From a virus (lineage: Duplodnaviria > Caudoviricetes): a DNA stretch of 29,682 nucleotides. Below the pieces are notes generated by a model, which was not told the DNA's origin, ran no database searches, and saw nothing but the letters and a program-made list of their open reading frames with translations. The stretch spans positions 1 to 29,682 of IMG/VR virus record IMGVR_UViG_3300023184_000396, one strand, 5' to 3'. The translations under genes were made by a program, and so were the position numbers. This document shows positions 16,863 to 24,261 of the stretch, piece by piece. The stretch's first letter is position 1; every line of letters begins with the position of its first letter.

Positions 16863-17711
16863 ATGGCTAAAGCTAAAATGACTGAGGTTGCGCGGCGCCC
16901 GGCCGCCGGACTGCCTGTAAAGGGCGGCGCGATGGACTTCGCGGCGGAAGCCGGGCGCGGCATGGAAGGGACGACTAACGATAGCTTCGCTATCCCCTTC
17001 CTGTCGATCCTGCAAAAAGGTTCGCCGCAAGTCGATGAGGCGTCGGGCGCCGTGCTTAAGGGCGCGAAGGCCGGCATGATCTATGAGACCGTCTCAAAAA
17101 AGCTGCACGACGGCAAGGCGGGCGTGATCATCCTGCCGTGCGCCTATAAGCGCACCTTCCTGCGGTGGGGCGCGCGCGACAACGGCGGCGGTTTCAAAGG
17201 CGAGTTCACCCCGGAAGCGGTCGCGAAGATGCGCGGCGACGGCACGATAAAGGATTTGGAAAACCGGCTTTACTTCCCGATGCCGGACGGATCTATCAAC
17301 CTCAAGAAGTGCGACCTGATTGCCGATCACCGCAATCATTTCGTGCTGCTGATCGATGAAGACGAAGGCACGGCGTTGAAGTCTCTGCTGTCCTTGAAGT
17401 CCACCCAGATCAAGAAGTCAAAGCACCTCATGTCGGTCCTCGCGGATATCCGCATCGGCCCGGCTGGCGGCAAGTTCTGTCCGCCGACCTATGCCAACAA
17501 GATTGGCATGGTGACTGTCCCGGAAAAGAACGACGACGGGACGTGGTACGGCGTTGAGTTCGACTTGCGCGGCCAGCTCGTTGCCGGCGAGGAAAACTAC
17601 TATGAGATGGCCCGCGATTTCCATGCCTCCATCGCGAAGGGCGAGGCGACCGTTAAGTATGACGACATGGACGAGCGCGGCGAACTCAACGCCCCAACAC
17701 GCGGCTTCTAG
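16863..17711 (+). CDS. Putative ssDNA-binding/annealing protein
   Basis: FAIPFLSILQKGSPQV...GAKAG; acidic C-terminal segment ending in F; replication context; strong RBS. Confidence 0.6.
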   Translation: MAKAKMTEVARRPAAGLPVKGGAMDFAAEAGRGMEGTTNDSFAIPFLSILQKGSPQVDEASGAVLKGAKAGMIYETVSKKLHDGKAGVIILPCAYKRTFLRWGARDNGGGFKGEFTPEAVAKMRGDGTIKDLENRLYFPMPDGSINLKKCDLIADHRNHFVLLIDEDEGTALKSLLSLKSTQIKKSKHLMSVLADIRIGPAGGKFCPPTYANKIGMVTVPEKNDDGTWYGVEFDLRGQLVAGEENYYEMARDFHASIAKGEATVKYDDMDERGELNAPTRGF

Positions 17712-17713
17712 CA

Positions 17714-17896
17714 ATGGCAACGCAGCGCATGCCGGATTGCATGCGCTGCCCCGCCTGCGGCGCTGCCATGACGCATTACGAGACCGAGGCCGAAGGCAGC
17801 AGCGACGTTCTATTCCCCGTCGCCTATTGGGCCTGCGACGAATGCCCTAAATACGTCCACGATTGGGACGACGATTATGAGGAGCCGCGTGCGTGA
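17714..17896 (+). CDS. Small Zn-ribbon protein
   Basis: CPAC...CDEC. Confidence 0.6.
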   Translation: MATQRMPDCMRCPACGAAMTHYETEAEGSSDVLFPVAYWACDECPKYVHDWDDDYEEPRA

Positions 17897-18159
17897 AAGA
17901 TCGCATCACTATCACCCTAATCATCGCGCTCGCCGCCGTGCCTATCGCAGGCATCTGGGGCAGCGTCGAGATGCGCAAGCTTGCGCGCCGCGCGCCCCTT
18001 AGCGAGACGGAGGCCGCGCTAGCCTATGCCTGCGGCTACCGGACCGGGCAGTATGCCACCATGCGGGCAATGCCTGCCCTCTTCCCCTCCCCGGAGCCGC
18101 CGGACGAGGCATGCGCCCGCTGGACGGTTATCGCCGCGCAGAAAGGTTTTAATTCATGA
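17893..18159 (+). CDS. Hypothetical membrane-anchored protein
   Basis: N-terminal hydrophobic helix; GAGGAG RBS. Confidence 0.6.
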   Translation: MKDRITITLIIALAAVPIAGIWGSVEMRKLARRAPLSETEAALAYACGYRTGQYATMRAMPALFPSPEPPDEACARWTVIAAQKGFNS

Positions 18160-18404
18160 CGAACGACGAAGCGGATTTCGCGTTGCTCTCGTATACGAAC
18201 GAGAAACTCAAATTTGCTATACCTTTCGACGCCGGCCTTGCCCCCGAAACGCAGGCCACATTCGAGCGCGGTATCGATAACGATTGGTTTACGTTTGTCG
18301 ATTTTTATGAAATTAACTCGATGCCGTGCGTGCCTATGCGGATTTTCAAATTGACTCCTGCCGGTGTCGCGCGGCGAGCAACGCTCATGAAAGGCACGCT
18401 ATGA
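18156..18404 (+). CDS. Hypothetical protein
   Basis: ATGA overlaps on both sides. Confidence 0.6.
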   Translation: MTNDEADFALLSYTNEKLKFAIPFDAGLAPETQATFERGIDNDWFTFVDFYEINSMPCVPMRIFKLTPAGVARRATLMKGTL

Positions 18405-18667
18405 TCGAGATTGAAAGAATGTCTGAAGAGAACGCCGAAGCTTGCTTTGTGCTGCCGGCGATGCGAGTGAACCGGGTATACGTTCACATCGACAATTCGC
18501 TAACCGTGCGGCTCGCGTTCTTCGATCAGCGGTCGGCGGATAGCCCGTTACACCCGCGCGCCTCCATCGATATGTCGATGCCCGATATCGTGAATATGCG
18601 AGACCTTTTATCAAACATGATCGACTCCATCGAATCCGGACGGGCAGTGATGGGTACCATACAATGA
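18401..18667 (+). CDS. Hypothetical protein (possibly DUF3467-like)
   Basis: NRVYV...VRLAFFDQ; start revised to 18401. Confidence 0.55.
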   Translation: MIEIERMSEENAEACFVLPAMRVNRVYVHIDNSLTVRLAFFDQRSADSPLHPRASIDMSMPDIVNMRDLLSNMIDSIESGRAVMGTIQ

Positions 18668-18882
18668 AAGGCCTAGCCGCGCGCGCCACGTCAACCAATT
18701 CGATAGACGTTTACACTATCGACCAGTGCGCCGCTTTCCTAGATGAAAGAGGGTTCAAGATGGCGGCGAAAGCGCTCCACGAAGAAGTGGCTAAGATCAT
18801 GCGCGCCGTCGAGAAACAGGAAGTGGAGCGGGCTAAGGTAGCTGCCGCGCGGCGCGATTTGGAAAAGGGGCGGGCGACATGA
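18664..18882 (+). CDS. Hypothetical protein
   Basis: ATGA overlap chain. Confidence 0.55.
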   Translation: MKGLAARATSTNSIDVYTIDQCAAFLDERGFKMAAKALHEEVAKIMRAVEKQEVERAKVAAARRDLEKGRAT

Positions 18883-19067
18883 GCCCTTATCCTAAGCCGC
18901 TTCACTATGAAGATTTACCCGGCCGTGGTCCGTCGATGCGATTCCGGGTAGGTGACGCGAACGACAATTTTGTTCGCGATTTCCGGACGGAGGAAGAGGC
19001 TAGAACGTTCGTGCGCCGAGCGAACGCGCAAGCGATTCTCGACGCCGCGCCTTCGTGGAGATATTGA
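18879..19067 (+). CDS. Hypothetical protein
   Basis: ATGA overlap chain. Confidence 0.55.
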   Translation: MSPYPKPLHYEDLPGRGPSMRFRVGDANDNFVRDFRTEEEARTFVRRANAQAILDAAPSWRY

Positions 19068-19636
19068 TGAATCGAGTCTGCGGTGATTGCACCTTGTGCT
19101 GCCGGCTCATCCCTGTCGAGGCGCTGGGCAAGGCCGCGGGGAAGCGCTGCAAGAGCCAGCGCGCAACCGGGTGTGCGGTCTATGCGACCCGGCCCCTATC
19201 GTGCCGTGCGTGGTCCTGCCGGTGGCTGCTAGGCGACGCCCTGCCGCGGCCCGACCGCGCGGCCTACGTCGTGGACCCTTCCCCGGATTACGTCGAGGTG
19301 AATGTTTTGGACTCGGAAGAAGTGCGACGGATTCCGGTTATTCAAATATGGGTCGATCCTCGCTACCCCGATGCCCATCGCGACCCGATGCTGCGCGCCT
19401 ACCTCCTAGCGGCGTCTGAGGAAGGGCTAGCCGCGGTCGTGCGCTACGATGCAACCCGCTCGCTTGCGCTCTTCGCGCCCGTCTTTACGGGCACTGGCGA
19501 ATGGCGCGAGCATCCGGCTAACGTGGTGGATCGCGACCCCGCGATGATGGATAAGGTTTTGCAAAGGAGGGATTTATTTTCGCTGGTTGACCGTGCTATA
19601 CTCGCTCCTAGAAAGGATACATTTACAAAATGTTGA
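19067..19636 (+). CDS. YkgJ-like cysteine-cluster (Zn/Fe-S) protein
   Basis: CGDCTLCC...C...CAVYATRPLSCRAWSC. Confidence 0.8.
   Translation: MNRVCGDCTLCCRLIPVEALGKAAGKRCKSQRATGCAVYATRPLSCRAWSCRWLLGDALPRPDRAAYVVDPSPDYVEVNVLDSEEVRRIPVIQIWVDPRYPDAHRDPMLRAYLLAASEEGLAAVVRYDATRSLALFAPVFTGTGEWREHPANVVDRDPAMMDKVLQRRDLFSLVDRAILAPRKDTFTKC
19573..19620 (+). promoter_or_regulatory. Possible extended -10 promoter plus RBS
   Basis: TGC-TATACT at 19594-19602 followed by AGAAAGGATA; -35 poor. Confidence 0.4.
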
Positions 19637-19989
19637 AAATGCTGATACGTCAAGCAATCGAGGCGATGTGGGCTAAGGCATTCCGCGGGCTGCCCGTCGC
19701 GGAGCGCATGCCGGAGCCCACCGAAGAGCAACGCGCATGGTACGGCCGGCGCCCGACGAAGGTCCGGGCAATGTCGGATATCGGTTGCCGCTCGATGATG
19801 GCAAGCAACGCCTTCCACGATACCGGCCGCAGCGTCGCTATCCCGGGAGGCGTCCCGTTTGCGGAACCGTTCACGACAAGGCATGCTGCGCACGCGATGC
19901 CGAAGGCGCGGATCGTTTGGACCGGAACGCCGGAGCCTGCGACCCTTGCCGCGACGAAAGCGGTTATGAAAAGAAAGGTCCGGAAATGA
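19630..19989 (+). CDS. Hypothetical protein
   Basis: AGAAAGGA RBS. Confidence 0.6.
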   Translation: MLKMLIRQAIEAMWAKAFRGLPVAERMPEPTEEQRAWYGRRPTKVRAMSDIGCRSMMASNAFHDTGRSVAIPGGVPFAEPFTTRHAAHAMPKARIVWTGTPEPATLAATKAVMKRKVRK

Positions 19990-20069
19990 TTATTATAATC
20001 CCCTGCCTTTTCCTCGCCGGTTTGCTGGGCGCCTTTTTTCTTATCCATCTAACCCGGAGGTTTCCGTGA
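19986..20069 (+). CDS. Small hydrophobic membrane peptide (27 aa)
   Basis: MIIIIPCLFLAGLLGAFFLIHLTRRFP; 4-nt overlaps on both sides. Confidence 0.5.
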   Translation: MIIIIPCLFLAGLLGAFFLIHLTRRFP

Positions 20070-20452
20070 TTGCCCGTTGGATTGGCATGATTATGACTAT
20101 CGCGGGATTTCTGATCACTACCCTAGGTGTGTTTCTAATCTTCACCGAGGCGCGCGCGGCGGATTGGCGACGAGTAGACTCGATTGACGGGCGGGTATTC
20201 GGTGTTGATTTCGACACGATCACCGCAGACGGCGGCGGTATCGAGGCGAACGTGTACGAAGACGCCGGGCGCTTCGATCCTGCGAAGCTGCGCCGGTTCC
20301 GGTTCGATTGCCGGACAGGCTGGCACGTCGATCTAACGGCCTTCGTGCAGGCCCGCGCGGCCCCTCTCTCCGGGGCAGGCCGCATGGCTGCTCTAGCGTG
20401 CGCCGAAGGCCGGCGCCGCCGCCTTATCCCTTCTGCGGACCGCATGCCATGA
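20066..20452 (+). CDS. Exported/membrane-anchored hypothetical protein
   Basis: Hydrophobic N-terminus ending ARA-ADW; GGAGG RBS. Confidence 0.65.
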   Translation: MIARWIGMIMTIAGFLITTLGVFLIFTEARAADWRRVDSIDGRVFGVDFDTITADGGGIEANVYEDAGRFDPAKLRRFRFDCRTGWHVDLTAFVQARAAPLSGAGRMAALACAEGRRRRLIPSADRMP

Positions 20453-20727
20453 AGGGCCATGCCTCGTTTGAGGATTTGACCCCGGAAGACCAAGCCGCGG
20501 CAGTCGCCTATTGGCGCGACCAGTCAGTGAAGCTAGACGCCGCGCACCCGCTAATCCGGTGGATCGTTAACCATGCGGATCGTCCGGAGGAAGTGAATAA
20601 AATCGTCCGTGGCTCCTCCGTGACGCCTATCCGGCAGGGCGGCCGGCGGGTCGCGGTCATCCGGATAAGCACCCTCACCTATTTGCACATCGAGATGGAC
20701 CGGCGGGCGCCGATGCCGCCGCGCTAG
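20449..20727 (+). CDS. Hypothetical protein
   Basis: ATGA overlap; its 3' end is duplicated at 21303-21389. Confidence 0.6.
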   Translation: MKGHASFEDLTPEDQAAAVAYWRDQSVKLDAAHPLIRWIVNHADRPEEVNKIVRGSSVTPIRQGGRRVAVIRISTLTYLHIEMDRRAPMPPR

Positions 20728-20756
20728 CGCAACCGATAATTTTATCCACCGACCAC

Positions 20757-20827
20757 AAAATAGTTGTTGAACACCGGCTAGGACAGGACTACATTCTGAA
20801 TATCGAAACGCAGAAAGGAATACGGAA
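20757..20827 (+). promoter_or_regulatory. Early promoter/RBS module, copy 5
   Basis: AAAATA, TTGAAC(20767-72)-17 nt-TACATT(20790-95), TGAAT...AACGCAGAAAGGA before ATG 20828. Confidence 0.75.
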
Positions 20828-21010
20828 ATGACGAACAACAGCAAAGTCGGCGACCGCGTGATCTGCAACGGCTACCCGGGCACCGTCACCCGGACGAAGG
20901 ACTCAGCCGGCTCCGCTTGGATGGGCGGCATGATCGAAGTCCGGCTTGCAAGCGGCACCGTCTGCGTCTCCGATTCGGCCCCCGACGTGACGCCGCTTCG
21001 TGCCGCCTAG
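20828..21010 (+). CDS. Small KOW/SH3-like protein
   Basis: KVGDRVICNGYPGTV...EVRL; after module RBS. Confidence 0.65.
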   Translation: MTNNSKVGDRVICNGYPGTVTRTKDSAGSAWMGGMIEVRLASGTVCVSDSAPDVTPLRAA

Positions 21011-21043
21011 CCCCTTCCCCTATCGGACCAACAGGAGAGAGAC

Positions 21044-21280
21044 ATGAGCAAGCGCCAAAAGAACTACCAAGACTTCCTCGCCATTGCGCGCCGTCAATCG
21101 ACGGGCTGGTTGCAGCGGTGCGCGGCGGAACCCAGCGAGGGAATGAACCGCGTTGCCATCGTTCGCTTGGCCCTGCGCACCGTTCTGCGGGAGCGGACAG
21201 GCGTCCCTTACCGCGATATCAGCCATGTGACCGAGTATGGCGTGACATCTCGCGTGCAGAACGCCATCCGCGTTTTCTGA
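21044..21280 (+). CDS. Hypothetical basic protein
   Basis: AGGAG RBS. Confidence 0.65.
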   Translation: MSKRQKNYQDFLAIARRQSTGWLQRCAAEPSEGMNRVAIVRLALRTVLRERTGVPYRDISHVTEYGVTSRVQNAIRVF

Positions 21281-21302
21281 CCCTCCTACATCCGCCGCTC
21301 AC

Positions 21303-21392
21303 GGGCGATGGATCGCGGTCCTGAAAATGGGGACGATCACCTATCTGCATATCGAGATGGGCCCGCGCGCGCCGATGCCGCCGCGCTAGCGC
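21303..21392 (+). repeat. Diverged duplicate of the 3' end of gene 20449-20727
   Basis: GRWIAVLKMGTITYLHIEMGPRAPMPPR* versus GRRVAVIRISTLTYLHIEMDRRAPMPPR*; identical GCGCCGATGCCGCCGCGCTAGCGC. Confidence 0.85.
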
Positions 21393-21419
21393 TACGATAA
21401 AAATAATTGAAGAAAAGAC

Positions 21420-21460
21420 AAAATAGCCCTTGCGCGCCGGGCGCGGCCTGTCGATCTATA
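21420..21460 (+). promoter_or_regulatory. Early promoter module, partial copy 6
   Basis: AAAATAGCCCTTGCGC identical to 1705-1720; -10 uncertain; no AGAAAGGA RBS downstream. Confidence 0.5.
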
Positions 21461-21550
21461 GCGGCGTCGAGACCTTCAAGCCTTTCGGCTCCTACTCGAT
21501 GGCCGCCAGCATTCACGCCGACGACAAAGACCTACGCGCCGCCTAACGCG

Positions 21551-21584
21551 AAACGAAAAAGGGCGGCCCTCGCAGGCCGCCCTT
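21551..21584 (-). terminator. Rho-independent terminator at the strand convergence point
   Basis: AAGGGCGGCC-ctcgca-GGCCGCCCTT stem; upstream A-tract gives a U-tract on the - strand. Confidence 0.8.
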
Positions 21585-21634
21585 AGTCGGTAGACTCCCG
21601 CGTCCGGGGAGGGAACCGGGCGGGTTTACCGAAC

Positions 21635-21901
21635 TCACCCCTTATCGGAATCAATCAACGCTTGCGCTTCCGCCGCGCGATCATCTAGCGCCGCCTGCTG
21701 GTCCTGCATCATCTTGTTGATTTCGTCCATCTCCGCGGCATTCGGGCCGCGATCTTCCGCCAGCATGTTCTTGATGTTGGCGTAAAAAAGTTCCGCGACC
21801 GAATCGACGGCGCCGCCGATTTTGATGGCGGCGGTGACGATAGTGCTAGCGAGGCTCGCATACTCCGCGATGCTCACGATGATCGCCGCGATAGCGCCCA
21901 T
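21635..21901 (-). CDS. Lysis-module accessory protein
   Basis: Hydrophobic N-terminus, acidic coiled C-terminus; GGAGG RBS; last gene of the late operon. Confidence 0.6.
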   Translation of the reverse strand: MGAIAAIIVSIAEYASLASTIVTAAIKIGGAVDSVAELFYANIKNMLAEDRGPNAAEMDEINKMMQDQQAALDDRAAEAQALIDSDKG

Positions 21902-22297
21902 CTACTTGCCTCCCAGCTTGATGTTATACGACGACATGATAGAAACGACTGCTTCCACCGCGCGTTCAACCGCGATCACCTTGTCTAGGATCGTCGCGCT
22001 ATCCGACGTGGTCGCCGCGACGACGCCTTGCGCGGCCTTGATCGCCGTCACCCCGGCATCGCCTGCCCGGGCGATCCGGACCACGACGGCAGGGCTTGCG
22101 CAGGCGGGCGGGGCCGGTGCCCCCGCGTCGCTGCACCACGGCTGCTGGGCGTAGGCAATCGCCCCGGATTGGGCAGAGACGAGGGCCGCCTGCGCTTCGT
22201 AAATCCGCTGGGCCGGCGTCTTAGCTGCCGTCACCACCGAGAGAGGGGTGCAGGCCGTGAAAGCGAGGAGGGCGAGCGTCGCGAGGAAGGCCCTCAT
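21902..22297 (-). CDS. Lipoprotein (spanin-like candidate)
   Basis: Signal peptide with lipobox-like FTAC; Ala-rich helices; lysis context. Confidence 0.65.
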   Translation of the reverse strand: MRAFLATLALLAFTACTPLSVVTAAKTPAQRIYEAQAALVSAQSGAIAYAQQPWCSDAGAPAPPACASPAVVVRIARAGDAGVTAIKAAQGVVAATTSDSATILDKVIAVERAVEAVVSIMSSYNIKLGGK

Positions 22298-22626
22298 TTC
22301 GGCACCACGTTTTTGTTGGCCGGGTCTTTCGCGACCGCGACAACCTCTGGCTGGGCAACCGTGGTATCGACTTGCACCTTGACGCCCGGGACGTTGCCTG
22401 CCGCCGTCGTGATCGCGGAATCGCTCTTGCTATTCGCGCCCCAGATCGCCGCGCCGACAATCGTGGCGAGCGGGACGAGGGCGGTCACGATGTCGGTGAT
22501 CGATGTCATAAGCGCCGATGCCTGAGCGGTCGTTAGCGTGCCTTTCGCAACCATGTATCCGCAGACGCCCGATAGGAGCGGCGGCCCGACGTTGCGCAAA
22601 ACCGATTTCCACTGTTCAATATTCAT
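22294..22626 (-). CDS. Putative holin (2 TM)
   Basis: MNIEQWKSVLR..., two hydrophobic segments; GAGGAAGG RBS; start revised. Confidence 0.65.
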   Translation of the reverse strand: MNIEQWKSVLRNVGPPLLSGVCGYMVAKGTLTTAQASALMTSITDIVTALVPLATIVGAAIWGANSKSDSAITTAAGNVPGVKVQVDTTVAQPEVVAVAKDPANKNVVPK

Positions 22627-22675
22627 ATCTTCCTTCCTCTCTTTTAGGCCGGAGGCCGCGCCGGCCGCGCGTTCG

Positions 22676-23020
22676 TTAACCGCCGGTGTCCGGCGGAACA
22701 AAACAAATAACGCCGCTCGCGGGGGACCAACAAAGGTGGGCTTCTACTACATTCGGGTTTCGCTCCCGGATGATGCGCGAATCCGGTATCTCGATCCAGC
22801 GCCCTTCCTGCCTCAGCCAAGCAACCCATCGCCCCGCGTGCATAACCGCTTGCGTCGGCTCACAGTCACCGACTTCGATACCGCCGTTTTCAATTCGGGC
22901 ATCGCAGCACGACAGGCTAGAGCCGGGTTGCTTCCAGTACCGATAAAAGTCATTGTGGAACGGACTATGCTGTTGCGCGAGCGCGGGCGCCGCGAAAAGC
23001 AAAAGCGCCACGCGCCACAT
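22676..23020 (-). CDS. Secreted Cys-rich protein
   Basis: Signal peptide ALA-Q; SCC...DC...HLC...CFVP. Confidence 0.7.
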   Translation of the reverse strand: MWRVALLLFAAPALAQQHSPFHNDFYRYWKQPGSSLSCCDARIENGGIEVGDCEPTQAVMHAGRWVAWLRQEGRWIEIPDSRIIRERNPNVVEAHLCWSPASGVICFVPPDTGG

Positions 23021-23845
23021 TTAGATGCCTAGCGCCGCCTTCACGGCGGGGCCTGCGATGCCGTCCGGGTCTAGGCGCTTCGCTCGCTGGAACGCGACTA
23101 GCGCGCGGTAGGTGTTAGCGCCGAACCATCCATCGCTGCCCAACGGAAAGAAGCCGGCCTTTTGCAAGGCGCGCTGTAGGAACACAACGTCATCGCCGTG
23201 GCAACCCTCGAACAAGAGGCGCGCACCGATAGGCGCGGCCGGCGCGTCGATGATAGGGAGCTTAGGCCAGTCTGCTGCCGGCTCCGCGGTGTCTTTCTTC
23301 CCGTTCTTTACCGGCTTGCCGTTCGCCAAATCTTCCGGTGACGTGAACGGCACGGCGCCGAAACGGCGCGAAGCGTCGAGGCCGAAGAGCGCGCGCCAGT
23401 CGTAGACCGGGCAGGGCCGCGGGTCTATTTCCGTATGTCCCCAGACCGTCACCGGGCGACCGAGCGCGACATAGGCCGCATCGATAGAACGGACGAGCGC
23501 TAGGGTGCCTGCAAGGCCCTCCGGCGTCCACGCCTTGCTGCCTTGCGTCGAGATAGCGATGGTGGCGACGTTGCCCCTCCCGCCCTCTCCTAGCTGCGCA
23601 GCCGGTAAAAGCTCAAGCGGCCTTCCGCTTGAGCTTGTCCCTGCCTTATCGACCACGAAATGATAGCCGATGCCTGCCCAGTTGCGCGGCGGTGCCTTAT
23701 GCCATTCGTCAATCGTCGCGGCGAGCCGCGGGCCGCGATACTCTTCCGTATCCGCGTCACTATCGGTGCAGTGCATGAATACCCGCGTCACGTCCCGCGC
23801 GGGCGGCCGGAACGTCGAAGGGTCGAACGTCGAAAATTTCCACAT
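23021..23845 (-). CDS. Endolysin: Amidase_2 (N-acetylmuramoyl-L-alanine amidase) plus C-terminal peptidoglycan-binding domain
   Basis: MHCT, IDEWH, WAGIGYHFVV, GHTE...CP; DGWFGANT...FQ...LDPDGIAGP. Confidence 0.9.
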   Translation of the reverse strand: MWKFSTFDPSTFRPPARDVTRVFMHCTDSDADTEEYRGPRLAATIDEWHKAPPRNWAGIGYHFVVDKAGTSSSGRPLELLPAAQLGEGGRGNVATIAISTQGSKAWTPEGLAGTLALVRSIDAAYVALGRPVTVWGHTEIDPRPCPVYDWRALFGLDASRRFGAVPFTSPEDLANGKPVKNGKKDTAEPAADWPKLPIIDAPAAPIGARLLFEGCHGDDVVFLQRALQKAGFFPLGSDGWFGANTYRALVAFQRAKRLDPDGIAGPAVKAALGI

Positions 23846-23855
23846 AACAGTTTCC

Positions 23856-24257
23856 TTACGGTGGGCGGCGATTCGGGGCCGGCAATGACCAGACGCGCTC
23901 CTTGAGCTTATCAAGCTCATCGGTGTTCCGGTTCGTCGCGCGCTCTTGAGCTTCTATGCGCGATGACATCAATTTGTTCATCCCCTCTATCGTTGAAAGA
24001 GAAATATCTATTCTGTTCACCGCGCGCTGAGTCTCCTTGACTATCGCCCAGACCTCCGTCCCGAGGATACCACCGAGCCCGAGAAGAAGCGGCATTCCTA
24101 TGGCCATCATGGAGCGAGCGAGGAGCCGCAGGCCGGCGTTCTCCGCTGCGCGGTTTAATCGATCCCCTTTCCCGGTAGCCTGATCAGCCACGGCATGAGC
24201 GCGATCTGTTGCGGCGTTATCGCCCGAGGAACGCCCGTTTTTGTCTACGCCCCACAT
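23856..24257 (-). CDS. Single-TM coiled-coil protein (holin/antiholin-like)
   Basis: One hydrophobic helix then coiled coil; immediately upstream of the endolysin. Confidence 0.55.
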   Translation of the reverse strand: MWGVDKNGRSSGDNAATDRAHAVADQATGKGDRLNRAAENAGLRLLARSMMAIGMPLLLGLGGILGTEVWAIVKETQRAVNRIDISLSTIEGMNKLMSSRIEAQERATNRNTDELDKLKERVWSLPAPNRRPP

Positions 24258-24261
24258 GGCG

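Noticed and set aside
21822-23905. Plus-strand ORFs over the lysis module
   Set aside because: Antisense shadows of coherent, RBS-bearing minus-strand genes
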